Below are positions 20,705-29,354 of a stretch of DNA of 64,000 bases, piece after piece. The DNA lies in the NCBI GenBank assembly GCA_963804645.1, contig CAWDRG010000009.1:288001-352000 (forward strand), in the 5' to 3' direction. The notes under the pieces are model-generated. The model did no database searches and was not told where the DNA came from. It saw only the letters and a program-made list of their open reading frames with translations. The position numbers were made by a program, and so were the translations under genes. Every line of letters begins with the position of its first letter. Positions within the stretch are counted from its first letter, which is position 1. Origin of the DNA: an uncultured Bacillota bacterium (GTDB lineage Bacteria > Sysuimicrobiota > Sysuimicrobiia > Sysuimicrobiales > Segetimicrobiaceae).

Positions 20705-21802
20705 ATGCCGGTTCCGCAGCTCGACAAAGACCGGCTGATGCGCTCGGAGCACCAGATCGGCATGGTCATGGACCTCAACAAGTGCATCGGCTGCCAGACG
20801 TGCACCGTGGCGTGCAAGACACTGTGGACCGCCGAGCAAGGCCAGGAGCAGATGTACTGGGCACACGTGGAGACCCGGCCGGGCAGCGGCTATCCGAAGA
20901 ACGCCCTGGGATCCGGCGGGGGCTGGACGGCGGACGGGACGAAGGCCGTCGCAGGCGCGCTGCCGCCGCAGCAGGCCTACGGCACCGTCTACGACTTCGA
21001 TTACGAGGCCGTGCTGTTCGATGGCACCGCCGAGCACCTCGCGCCGACCGTGGAACCCACCTGGGGGGTGAACTGGGACGAGGACCAGGGCGCGGGCCGC
21101 CACCCGAACAACTACTACTTCTACCTGCCTCGCCTCTGCAACCACTGCACGCATCCGAGCTGCGTCGCGTCGTGTCCGAGGAACGCGCTGTACAAGCGCG
21201 ACAAAGACGGGATCGTGCTGCTCAACCAGGAGCGCTGCCACGGATACCGGTTCTGCCTCGCGGCCTGCCCCTACAAGAAGATCTACTGGAACCACGTGGC
21301 GCAGGTGTCGCAGAAGTGCATCTTCTGCTTCCCGCGCGTCGACCAGGGGATCCCGCCGGCGTGCAGCGCCCAGTGCGTCGGCCAGGTGCGGTTCGTGGGC
21401 ATGGTCGACGACACCGCGGGCCCCATCTACCAGCTGGTCCACGTCTGGAAGGTCGCGCTGCCGCTCTTGCCGCAACACGGCACCTCGCCGAACATCTACT
21501 ACGTGCCTCCCACGGCACCCGAGGCACTCGACGATGCCGGCCGGCCCACCGGGAAGAGCCGGATCCCGATCGAGTACCTGGAGAGCCTCTTCGGCCCCGG
21601 GGTGGCCCCGGCGCTCGCCACCCTCAATCAGGAGCTCGGCAAGGTCAAGCGGGGGGAGAGTTCCCAGCTCATGAACCTGCTGCACGTCCTGCGCTACGAC
21701 GACCTGTTCAAGCTCGAACAGCGGCCCAACAACCCCACGTGGTTCGGAGCCTTTGCCGCGCCGAACGGACAGCCCGTGATCGCGCCGGAGGGGGAGAAGT
21801 AG
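20705..21802 (+). CDS. Fe-S beta subunit (NarH/EbdB-like)
   Basis: DLNKCIGCQTCTVACK, PRLCNHCTHPSCVASCP, CHGYRFCLAACPY and KCIFCFPR...CSAQC clusters. Confidence 0.93.
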   Translation: MPVPQLDKDRLMRSEHQIGMVMDLNKCIGCQTCTVACKTLWTAEQGQEQMYWAHVETRPGSGYPKNALGSGGGWTADGTKAVAGALPPQQAYGTVYDFDYEAVLFDGTAEHLAPTVEPTWGVNWDEDQGAGRHPNNYYFYLPRLCNHCTHPSCVASCPRNALYKRDKDGIVLLNQERCHGYRFCLAACPYKKIYWNHVAQVSQKCIFCFPRVDQGIPPACSAQCVGQVRFVGMVDDTAGPIYQLVHVWKVALPLLPQHGTSPNIYYVPPTAPEALDDAGRPTGKSRIPIEYLESLFGPGVAPALATLNQELGKVKRGESSQLMNLLHVLRYDDLFKLEQRPNNPTWFGAFAAPNGQPVIAPEGEK

Positions 21803-22447
21803 GTGCTCGCCCGCAAGGTGACCGCGGCGAAGGCCGATCTCGCGGACCCGACCTCGGCTGTCTGGGCGAAGGGACAGGTCATGCCGGTCGCCCTCATCCC
21901 CACGCCGCTCGTGCTCCAGCCTAGCCCGTGGCTCGTGCAGGCGTTCGACGGTCGCAGCTATGGCAAGCTCGCCGCCGCCGGGCTGTCGTTCCTGCACAAC
22001 GGACAGCTCATCGCGGCACGGGTCGAGTGGGCGGTGCCGACGCCCGCGGTGTCGACCCGCGGCCCGGACGAGTTCGCCGACGCGTGCGCGGTGATCTTGC
22101 CCTTCGTGAGAGATGCGCCGCTCGTCACGATGGGCTCGCTGGACCAGTGGGTAAACATGTGGCTGTGGCGGGCCGACGGCGTCGGCCCGTTCACGGTCAC
22201 CGCCGCGGGCCTCGGCACCACCCAGCGGATTCAAGACGGCATGCTCGAGGCGAAGGGGATCTACCGCGATGGCCGCTGGCACGTCGCGTTCGTCCGGCGG
22301 CTCGCGCCCGGAAACAGCCAAGACCACGTGTCGCTCACGCCGGGGACTCCCTGGCAGGTATCGCTCGCCCTGTGGCAGGGCGCCAACCAGGAACGCGCCG
22401 GGCTCAAGTCCTTCAGCCCCGGCTGGATGCCGCTCGAGATCGCATGA
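21803..22447 (+). CDS. Heme b-binding gamma subunit (EbdC/SerC/DdhC-like)
   Basis: FADACAVILP, TMGS, VNMWLWRAD, GRWHVAFVRRL and WQGANQERAGLK, with the Met/Lys ligand pattern; operon position. Confidence 0.85.
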   Translation: MLARKVTAAKADLADPTSAVWAKGQVMPVALIPTPLVLQPSPWLVQAFDGRSYGKLAAAGLSFLHNGQLIAARVEWAVPTPAVSTRGPDEFADACAVILPFVRDAPLVTMGSLDQWVNMWLWRADGVGPFTVTAAGLGTTQRIQDGMLEAKGIYRDGRWHVAFVRRLAPGNSQDHVSLTPGTPWQVSLALWQGANQERAGLKSFSPGWMPLEIA

Positions 22448-23106
22448 ACCGCTCACCGAGCCCGCTCGGGACGCTGTACCTGACATACGCGCGGCTGCTC
22501 GACTTCCCGACCGCGGCCGTCCAACAGGCCGCGCGGGATGAACAGACCGTTGCGGACCTCACGGAGCTGCACGTCTCCGCGGGCTACCCCGCGCCCCCGC
22601 CGTTTCGGATGGCGTCGCGGGCACGTCCGCTTGAACAGACCTACATCGCCGCGTTCGAGGTGGGGGTGCCGGAACCGCCGGTGCCCCTCTACGAGACCGC
22701 GTATCTCCGGGACGACGCTGAACAGCGGAAGCACGTGCTCGAGGAGATCGTCCGCTTCTACGAGTTCTTCGATCTTCGGCTCGGCGACCGTCCCGTGGAG
22801 ATGCCCGACCACCTGGTGGTCGAACTGGAATTCATGGCGGCGCTCGCCGAGATGGAGCAACTCGCGGCCGCCGCCGGCGACCCCGGCGCAGCCTACCAGC
22901 TCGCCCAGCGCGACTTCCTCGCCCGCCACCTCCACCCGCTGGTGGTGCAGGTGGTCAAACGCCACGTCCCGAGGGGATGGTACACCGGCGTCCTGCGCGG
23001 GCTGGAAGCCCTCACGCGGGAGCACCACGCCCGACTCGCGGCCGCGCACGGAACCGGCCGCTCGGGGCCGCCCCCGCTGGCACCGGTCGTGCCCTTGATT
23101 ACCTAA
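22444..23106 (+). CDS. TorD/NarJ-family redox enzyme maturation chaperone (delta subunit)
   Basis: PLYETAY, EMPDHLVVELEFM and QRDFLARHL motifs; ATGA overlap with the gamma gene. Confidence 0.88.
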   Translation: MNRSPSPLGTLYLTYARLLDFPTAAVQQAARDEQTVADLTELHVSAGYPAPPPFRMASRARPLEQTYIAAFEVGVPEPPVPLYETAYLRDDAEQRKHVLEEIVRFYEFFDLRLGDRPVEMPDHLVVELEFMAALAEMEQLAAAAGDPGAAYQLAQRDFLARHLHPLVVQVVKRHVPRGWYTGVLRGLEALTREHHARLAAAHGTGRSGPPPLAPVVPLIT

Positions 23107-23184
23107 AACGGGTGCGGCCCCTGTGAGAGACGGACGACCGTGCCAGTGTGCCCGCGTTCGGAGTCGACGAGTCGGCGGGGAGGT

Positions 23185-24123
23185 CTACGGCCGCGCGGAC
23201 GCCTCGTCGACCCAGGACCGTGTCACGTGTAGCCAAAACGCGAGCCCCGCGTAGGCCCCGTACCGGCGGAACTCCCGGTGGATCGTCCGGTCCGCGATCC
23301 GGCGCCGGCCGCGCAGCCGCGCGTAGGTGGGCCGCGTCCATGAATCGAGCGTGGGCCGCGAGTAGCGTCCGATCAGCAGCATGATGTGCGCGACCGCGTA
23401 CGGCCCGATCCCAGGCAGCGCGCTCAGCCGCTCCGCGACGTCGTCATCCGACGGGGACGACGCCCCGGGACGTCCGAGCGATTCGAGGTCGACGGTCCCG
23501 TCGGCGGCCGCGCGGGCCACGGCGCGCAGATACGGCACGCGGTAGCCGGCGTGGACGACGTCACGGTAGAATCGCGTGCTCGCCTCCGCCATGATCTCGG
23601 GAGACGGGAACGTGCGCCCGCGCCAACCCATACGGGGTGCGCCGGCCGCGGGCGTCCCGAGGCGCGCCACGAGCGCGCCCACCATGTGCCGCGTCAGCGC
23701 CCAGGAGCAGTTGGTAGTGCAGAGCGTCTTGATCACATCCTCGAACACCGTGGGGCTGCGGATCATGCGGCCCGCGCCGCGGCAGGCCCAGGCCAGCTCG
23801 GGATCGCCGCGGGCGATCGCGTAGAAGGGCCGCAGGTCTTCATCGAGACGCAGAATGTGCCGCGCCACGGCGGCCACGCCCGCGCGCACGCGCGGCCCCG
23901 GAAGAGCGCCGGCGACGCGCACGAGCGCGCAGCCGGGTCCCCCGGAGCTCACGTGCACCGTGCGCGGACGCGCCCCGGCGACGGGCACCGTGACTTCGAG
24001 CGCGCCGGCTTCTCGGTGCAGCGCGAGCGGCGGAAGATCCGCGAAGCCGTTGGAGAACAGCGTCCGGCGCAGGTCCGCGGGTTCACCGCCCGGACCGACG
24101 AGAGGAAGTCGGATCGTGGTCAT
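23185..24123 (-). CDS. HhH-GPD DNA glycosylase (AlkA/OGG-like)
   Basis: RSPTVFEDVIKTLCTTNCSW, FPSPE, GYR, HhH motif LSALPGIGPYAVA and DSW. Confidence 0.85.
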   Translation of the reverse strand: MTTIRLPLVGPGGEPADLRRTLFSNGFADLPPLALHREAGALEVTVPVAGARPRTVHVSSGGPGCALVRVAGALPGPRVRAGVAAVARHILRLDEDLRPFYAIARGDPELAWACRGAGRMIRSPTVFEDVIKTLCTTNCSWALTRHMVGALVARLGTPAAGAPRMGWRGRTFPSPEIMAEASTRFYRDVVHAGYRVPYLRAVARAAADGTVDLESLGRPGASSPSDDDVAERLSALPGIGPYAVAHIMLLIGRYSRPTLDSWTRPTYARLRGRRRIADRTIHREFRRYGAYAGLAFWLHVTRSWVDEASARP

Positions 24124-24231
24124 CTCGCTACGCGCTAGTGTAGCACGCGCAGCCGCGTGCCCGCCCGCGCGGAGGGCCCGCGCACACGAGCTCCGCGCGG
24201 CGCGGCCCGGATCGTCGACGGACGCGGGTCC

Positions 24232-24507
24232 TCAGGCGGCCGGCCGGCGCCCGCGGCGCTCCGTCTCGACCCGATCCCGACCCGCGGACGCCCCGCGAGC
24301 GGACGCCGCCGCCCGCCGTCGCGCCCGAGCGGATCGCCCCGCCAGCGCGCGCCCGATCCACCGGGCGATCCCGAACCTTCGCGGCCGTCGCGCCGCCCGG
24401 CGCTCAGCCGTGACTTCCTGGATGCGCGCCGCGCGGCGCGCATCTTCGTGCAGATCCCGCATACGCTCTTCTGCCAGCATCAGAAATGGATCAGAACTCC
24501 AGTACAT
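24232..24507 (-). CDS. Small basic hypothetical protein
   Basis: GAGGAGG RBS before ATG 24507; N-terminal helix LAEERMRDLHEDARRAARIQ. Confidence 0.6.
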   Translation of the reverse strand: MYWSSDPFLMLAEERMRDLHEDARRAARIQEVTAERRAARRPRRFGIARWIGRALAGRSARARRRAAASARGASAGRDRVETERRGRRPAA

Positions 24508-24546
24508 GACTCGATGCCTCCTCAAATTGATTGCGTGAACGGCGCG

Positions 24547-24984
24547 CTACGCGCACGGCTGCGCGGCCTCTCCGGAGACGGCCGCGAGCAGGCGCGTCCA
24601 CGACAGGAGCCCGACGAGGCGCTCCCCGTCCATCACGGGCAGCACCCGCGCGCCCGCCCGGCGCATCGCGATCGCCGCCGCGGCGAGCGGCGCATCCGGT
24701 GCCACCGCTTCCGCCGACGCCGTCGCGCGCGCCACCGTCAGCCGGTCCAGCACGTCGCGCATCTCGTACACGTCGAGCGTCGTCGCCTCCGACGGCGTGA
24801 AGCGAAGCAGCGAGGCCTCGTCCACGAGCCCGACGAATCGCCGCCCGTCGAGCACCGCGAGCGCCTGCGCGCGGTGCTCGCGCAGCAGACGCAGGGCCGT
24901 CCCGATGCCTGTCCGCGGCGTGATCACCGGCAGCGGCACCGCCATCCAATCACGCACGCGCTCGTCGACGAAGTTCACAGCCAT
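24547..24984 (-). CDS. CBS-pair protein (AcuB-like, no ACT domain)
   Basis: VRDWM, VLDGRRFVGLV, PSEATTLDVYEM and LPVMDGERLVGLLS motifs; GAGGTG RBS. Confidence 0.85.
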   Translation of the reverse strand: MAVNFVDERVRDWMAVPLPVITPRTGIGTALRLLREHRAQALAVLDGRRFVGLVDEASLLRFTPSEATTLDVYEMRDVLDRLTVARATASAEAVAPDAPLAAAAIAMRRAGARVLPVMDGERLVGLLSWTRLLAAVSGEAAQPCA

Positions 24985-25103
24985 CTCACTCACCTCACAC
25001 CGTCTTGTGGCGTCCGCCACAGCGTACCCCGCGAGCCGTCCTTCATCTATCCGCTTCCCGCAGGCAAACCGCCCCGGCACTTGCCTCTTGCCATCCCTGC
25101 ATC

Positions 25104-25178
25104 TAACCTGCTATAGTGTTCTTACTGGTGATACGGTACCACATGAATTATAACCTGTCAATAGCTTGATGGGGGTTA
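25104..25178. promoter_or_regulatory. Two 28-bp TAACC-N18-GGT(T/G)A inverted repeats in a divergent promoter region; candidate CGNR/ABATE operator
   Basis: TAACCTGCTATAGTGTTCTTACTGGTGA (25104-25131) and TAACCTGTCAATAGCTTGATGGGGGTTA (25151-25178) in an AT-rich patch. Confidence 0.6.
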
Positions 25179-25210
25179 AGAGTAAGATAACCCTGAGTGA
25201 GGCGGGTGCC

Positions 25211-25858
25211 GTGACCGAGACGTCTGAACGATCAGAGTACACGTTCGACTTGTCCGGCGGCCTCTTGTGTCTGGATTTCGTGAACACGGTCAGCGGGTCG
25301 CGCGCCCGCCCCACCGAGCGGCTTCACTCGCACCGGGACTTGCTGTCCTGGGCCCGTCAGGCGCGCGTCGTTGCGGAGGACGAGATCGGGCGGCTCGCGC
25401 GAGAGGCGCAGCGGCGGCCGGGCGACGCGGCCCGGGCGCTCGACGACGCGCTCGGCCTTCGCGAGGCCCTGTTCCGGATCCTCACCGCCCGGATCGAGCT
25501 CCGCGCCCCCGATCGGGCGGATCTGAACCTCTTGAACGCCTGGCTGTCCCGCGCACTCGCGCATCAGCGGATCGCCGAAACACCGGATGGGTTCGCGTGG
25601 ACGTGGGACGACCACGGCGGCGCACTCGAGCGGATCGTGTGGCCCGTCATCCGATCGGCCGCGGACCTGCTGACGTCGCCGGACCTGCGCCGCGTGCGCC
25701 GGTGCGCCGGACCGACCTGCGACTGGCTGTTCATGGACACGAGCCGGAACCATACGCGCCGGTGGTGCGACATGGACAGCTGCGGCAACCGCGCCAAGGC
25801 CCGGCGGTACTACGAGCGCCACCGGGCGCACGCGAACACACCCGAGTCGGCGGACTGA
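25211..25858 (+). CDS. ABATE / CGNR zinc-finger domain protein (putative transcription regulator)
   Basis: LCLDFVNTV and C-terminal CAGPTCDWLFMDTSRNHTRRWCDMDSCGNRAKARRY. Confidence 0.93.
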   Translation: MTETSERSEYTFDLSGGLLCLDFVNTVSGSRARPTERLHSHRDLLSWARQARVVAEDEIGRLAREAQRRPGDAARALDDALGLREALFRILTARIELRAPDRADLNLLNAWLSRALAHQRIAETPDGFAWTWDDHGGALERIVWPVIRSAADLLTSPDLRRVRRCAGPTCDWLFMDTSRNHTRRWCDMDSCGNRAKARRYYERHRAHANTPESAD

Positions 25859-25876
25859 CCGCGCGCGCCGGCCGGA

Positions 25877-27298
25877 CGTGTCAAGTCATTAAAGAACCTT
25901 ACCGGAGAGGGTATCGTCAGGTCATTTAAGTTCTTACCGCGGAACCGGCGGTGGCGCGACGATCCTGTCGCTTGGCAAACAACCAGTCGTTGTTCCAGTG
26001 GTGCGCGCGCGGCTGGAACCGCGCGTCGACCGGGCTGGCCTCTGGGGTGCTGGCGCGGGGACTGTGACGCCGGTTGGCCAGCTGATAGATGCGCTCGAGC
26101 TTGCGATCGATGGCGGCCCCCAAGGCGAAGGGATCGATCTTGGCCCGCAGGCGCGCTAAGGTCCGGAGTTGTCGCGGATCGCCCTGTTTGGAGGCGAGGA
26201 GCCGATCCACGGGCGTTTGCGCGCGATCGTAGGTCCGGTGGACCTTGGCGCCGACCCGCGTCTTGCCGACCAGCTTGACCGACGGCTGAAAGAGGTTCAT
26301 CATCAGGCGCAGTTCGTGGCGGTAGAGGTCGTTGATCGCCGTGAGCGCCTCGGCGGAGTCGTAGCGGTCCCAGCCCAACAGCTTGCGCACGTGGGTCCAG
26401 TTTTTCTGCTCCACGTGGGCGTTGTCGTTTTTCTTGTAGGGCCGGCTGCGGGTGAACTCGATCTTCGACCCTCGGCAATACTCCCACACCACGGTGTTGA
26501 TGAACTCCGAGCCATTGTCGGAATCGAGGCCGCGGAGCGCAAAGGGCAGCGCCGCCCGCAGCTCCGCGAGCGCCCGCTGCACGCCGCGCTGCGTCTTGCT
26601 CAGGAGGGCCCGAGACTCCACCCACCCCGTCTGGATGTCCGTCAGGTTGAGCGATTGGAGGAAGTCCCCCACGGCCGAGTTGCCGGAATGGGAGACCAAG
26701 TCGACTTCCACGAAGCCGGGGGCCGTGACGTCCCAGTGCTCGGTGCGGACGGGGATATGGCTCTTGAGCAACGTGCCAGGCTTGGTGCGGCCGTAGAGCC
26801 GACGGCGGATCTGGCGCTTCCGACTGCGCAGGCGCCGGTCGATCGTACTGGGACTCATCTTGGGGAGCGCACGCAGCACCGCCCGCGGGATGGTGAAATG
26901 ACGGCGGGCCCAGGGCAACCAGAGCGGCAGCAGCGCCTGGAGCCGTGCGGACCAGGGGTATCCCGCGGCCTCCCAAATCGCCGCGAGCACGGTGACCGTC
27001 TGCTCGGCATAGACGGGCTGCCGACGGCGTGGGGGGGCCGGTGTGGGCAACGGGCCGTTTAGCACCGTGATCGCGTATTTGCGATGGTACCCGGTCGTGG
27101 CACAGAATTCGTCCAGGATCGCGCGCCGGTGTTTGCGCGGCGCAAGCGTGTAGCGTGGGCGAACGGCGCGGACGTATTCGCGACGAGCGGCAGGGGTCAC
27201 CGGGGCCTCCGGGGCGATAGACTGGGACGGCGCGCCCGGTAAGATCCTTCGTGATTTGACGATGCGGCTCATAGTAAGATTTTAGGTGAGTTGATTCG
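25877..27298 (-). mobile_element. Apparently intact 1,422-bp insertion sequence (ISNCY-like, integrase-core DDE)
   Basis: CCGGA direct repeat at 25872-25876 and 27299-27303. Imperfect inverted ends (CGTGTCAAGTCA vs reverse complement CGAATCAACTCA). Two ~25-bp GTAAG...TGA..TGA boxes at each end (25879-25904, 25915-25939, 27237-27261, 27272-27296). Confidence 0.88.
25926..27200 (-). CDS. DDE transposase (integrase core)
   Basis: ILDEFCATTGYHRKYAI, STIDRRL, TKPGTLLKSHIP; catalytic triad in EVDLVSH, DSDNGSEF and NAHVEQKN. GTG 27200 preferred because ATG 27272 lies inside the terminal boxes. Confidence 0.92.
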   Translation of the reverse strand: MTPAARREYVRAVRPRYTLAPRKHRRAILDEFCATTGYHRKYAITVLNGPLPTPAPPRRRQPVYAEQTVTVLAAIWEAAGYPWSARLQALLPLWLPWARRHFTIPRAVLRALPKMSPSTIDRRLRSRKRQIRRRLYGRTKPGTLLKSHIPVRTEHWDVTAPGFVEVDLVSHSGNSAVGDFLQSLNLTDIQTGWVESRALLSKTQRGVQRALAELRAALPFALRGLDSDNGSEFINTVVWEYCRGSKIEFTRSRPYKKNDNAHVEQKNWTHVRKLLGWDRYDSAEALTAINDLYRHELRLMMNLFQPSVKLVGKTRVGAKVHRTYDRAQTPVDRLLASKQGDPRQLRTLARLRAKIDPFALGAAIDRKLERIYQLANRRHSPRASTPEASPVDARFQPRAHHWNNDWLFAKRQDRRATAGSAVRT

Positions 27299-27324
27299 CC
27301 GGATTCCCCGGCGCGCGTGGCCTC

Positions 27325-27333
27325 TGGTATAGT
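27325..27333 (+). promoter_or_regulatory. Extended -10 promoter (TGgTATAGT); probably a leaderless rsmI transcript
   Basis: TATAGT at 27328-27333 preceded by TG, only 6 nt before GTG 27340. Confidence 0.55.
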
Positions 27334-27339
27334 GGGAGC

Positions 27340-28215
27340 GTGACGCCCGCCGGCACGCTGTATCTCGTCGCCACTCCCATCGGCAACCTCGAGGACATCA
27401 CGCTCCGCGCCCTCCGGGTCCTGCGGGAGGCGGCGGTGATCGCCGCGGAAGATACGCGGCACACGCGCAAGCTCCTGACGCACCACAACATCCCCGCGCG
27501 GCTCATCAGCCTGCACGAGCACAACGAGACCGAACGCATCCCCGAGCTGCTGGCCCGCCTGCAGGCGGGCGAATCGATCGCGCTGGTCTCCGACGCCGGC
27601 ACGCCGGGCCTCAGCGACCCGGGCACGTCGCTCATCGCCGCGGCCGCCGCGGCCCGCGTGCCGGTGGTCCCGATCCCCGGCCCCAGCGCGCTCGTGGCCG
27701 CGCTTGTCTCCTCGGGACTGCCGACGGCCCCCGTCACCTTTCTCGGCTTTCTGCCGAGTTCGCCCTCGGAGCGCCGGCGCGTGCTGCAGGAGGCCGGCGC
27801 CCTGCCGCACACGCTGGTGCTGTACGAGGCGCCCCACCGGCTCCGGCGCGCGCTCGCCGCGATGTGCGAGGTGTGGGGAGACCGACAGGTGGCCGTCGCG
27901 CGCGAACTGACGAAGCTGCACGAAGAGGTGTTCAGGGGCCGCCTGCGCGAAGCGTTGGAGCATTTTTCGCAGACGCCGCCCCGCGGGGAGTTCACGCTCG
28001 TCGTCGAGGGCGCGTCCGACGGCGACCACGCGGCGCCGGGGCCGGAACCCGCCCCCGCGCAAGCCGAGGACGCCGCCCGTGCCGCGCTGAGGACCGCGCT
28101 GGCCGAAGGCCAGGCGCCGTTCGAGGCCGTGCGCCGCGCCGCGCGCGCGAGCGGGCTCAGGCGGAACCAAGTCTACCGGCTGTGGCTCGCGATCAAGCAG
28201 GAGGCTGCCCGATGA
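27340..28215 (+). CDS. rsmI: 16S rRNA (cytidine1402-2'-O)-methyltransferase
   Basis: LYLVATPIGNLEDITLRAL, AAEDTRHT, VSDAGTPGLSDPG, YEAPHR and ARELTKLHEE motifs. Confidence 0.96.
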   Translation: MTPAGTLYLVATPIGNLEDITLRALRVLREAAVIAAEDTRHTRKLLTHHNIPARLISLHEHNETERIPELLARLQAGESIALVSDAGTPGLSDPGTSLIAAAAAARVPVVPIPGPSALVAALVSSGLPTAPVTFLGFLPSSPSERRRVLQEAGALPHTLVLYEAPHRLRRALAAMCEVWGDRQVAVARELTKLHEEVFRGRLREALEHFSQTPPRGEFTLVVEGASDGDHAAPGPEPAPAQAEDAARAALRTALAEGQAPFEAVRRAARASGLRRNQVYRLWLAIKQEAAR

Positions 28216-29354
28216 AGACCGTCCACACCGCGGGGGACGAGACCGAGGCCCTGATGCTCCAGGGGTTGCTCGAGGGCGCCGGCATCCCCGTCGTGCTGCG
28301 GTCGCGGCAGATCTCGGGCTACGGCGACGTGATCGAGCGCGCGATCGGCGTGTGGGGCGACCTCCTGGTCCCCGACGAGCGGGAGCCCGAGGCGCGCGCC
28401 CTCGTGACCGGGTTCCTCGCCTCGTCGCAGCGCGGCGAAGGCGCCGCCCCGGCGCGCGTGAGCGGCATCGTCGTGCCGATCGTCACGCTGTTCGACGAGC
28501 GCGGGCAGGTAGACGAGCCGGCCAACGTCCGCCACATCGAGTGGCTGCTGCAGCACGGCGTGCACGGCCTGTTCGCGCTCGGCACCACCGGCGAGTTCAC
28601 GTCGCTCTCGCCGGACGAGCGGCGCGCGTTCGCGGAGCTGGCCGTGCGGACCGCGCGCGGCCGCGTCCCCGTCCTGATCGGCGTCGGCAGCCCCGCGACC
28701 GACGAAGCGATCGCGTACGCGGAGCACGCCGAGGAGATCGGCGCGGACGGGGTCGTCGCGGTTCTCCCCTACTATTGGATCCCGCCGGACCGCTCGATCT
28801 ACGAGCACTTCCGGCTGCTCTCGATCGGCACCGCCCTCCCGGTCTACATCTACAACTTCCCGGCGCTGACCGGGCGCAGCATTCCGCCGAAGCTCGTGGC
28901 GCGGCTCGCGGCCGACCGCCCGAACATCGTCGGCCTCAAGGACACGGTCGACAGCATCGCCCACATCCAGGAGACACTGACCCTCGTCCGCGCGGTCCGC
29001 CCCGAGTTCTCGGTGCTGTGCGGCATGGAAACCCATCTGCTGAACACGCTGCTCGTCGGCGGCGACGGCGGCGTGCCGGGGTGCGGCAACTTCATGCCGG
29101 ACCCGTTCGTGCGAATCTACAACACCGCGACCGCGGGGCGCATCCTCGACGCGGTGGAGCACGCCCGCGCGATCACGTCGATCTCCCTGCTGTTTGACGG
29201 CTCCGCTCCCGCGTTCGTCGTGGTCAAGGAAGCGATGGTGATGGCCGGCCTCATCCCGCACGCGATGGCCCGGACGCCCGCGCTGCCCTTGACCGAGGAT
29301 GAGCGGCGCCGGCTGCGCGAGGACCTCTCGGCGCTCGGAGTCGGCGTCCGATGA
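28212..29354 (+). CDS. N-terminal DUF2007-like domain fused to a DHDPS/NAL-family aldolase (YagE-like)
   Basis: N-terminus EALMLQGLLEGAGIP...LLVPDEREPEARAL; aldolase part GTTGEF, PYYW, YNFPALTG, GLKDTVDSIAH, HLLNTLLVGGDG. Confidence 0.85.
   Translation: MKTVHTAGDETEALMLQGLLEGAGIPVVLRSRQISGYGDVIERAIGVWGDLLVPDEREPEARALVTGFLASSQRGEGAAPARVSGIVVPIVTLFDERGQVDEPANVRHIEWLLQHGVHGLFALGTTGEFTSLSPDERRAFAELAVRTARGRVPVLIGVGSPATDEAIAYAEHAEEIGADGVVAVLPYYWIPPDRSIYEHFRLLSIGTALPVYIYNFPALTGRSIPPKLVARLAADRPNIVGLKDTVDSIAHIQETLTLVRAVRPEFSVLCGMETHLLNTLLVGGDGGVPGCGNFMPDPFVRIYNTATAGRILDAVEHARAITSISLLFDGSAPAFVVVKEAMVMAGLIPHAMARTPALPLTEDERRRLREDLSALGVGVR

Noticed and set aside
17972..22447. Calling the operon narGHI or pcrABC
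   Set aside because: Tat signal, short alpha and heme-b soluble gamma exclude canonical NarGHI; no multiheme PcrC or cld is present; the substrate cannot be assigned by eye.
25879..25939. Paired ~25-bp repeats here and at 27237-27296 and 36038-36094 as a mini-CRISPR
   Set aside because: Only two imperfect copies with ~10-nt gaps, located at transposase ends, and no cas genes.
28212..29354. Calling the aldolase dapA because of its operon context
   Set aside because: It lacks the DapA-specific Arg after YNxP, and its motifs resemble YagE.
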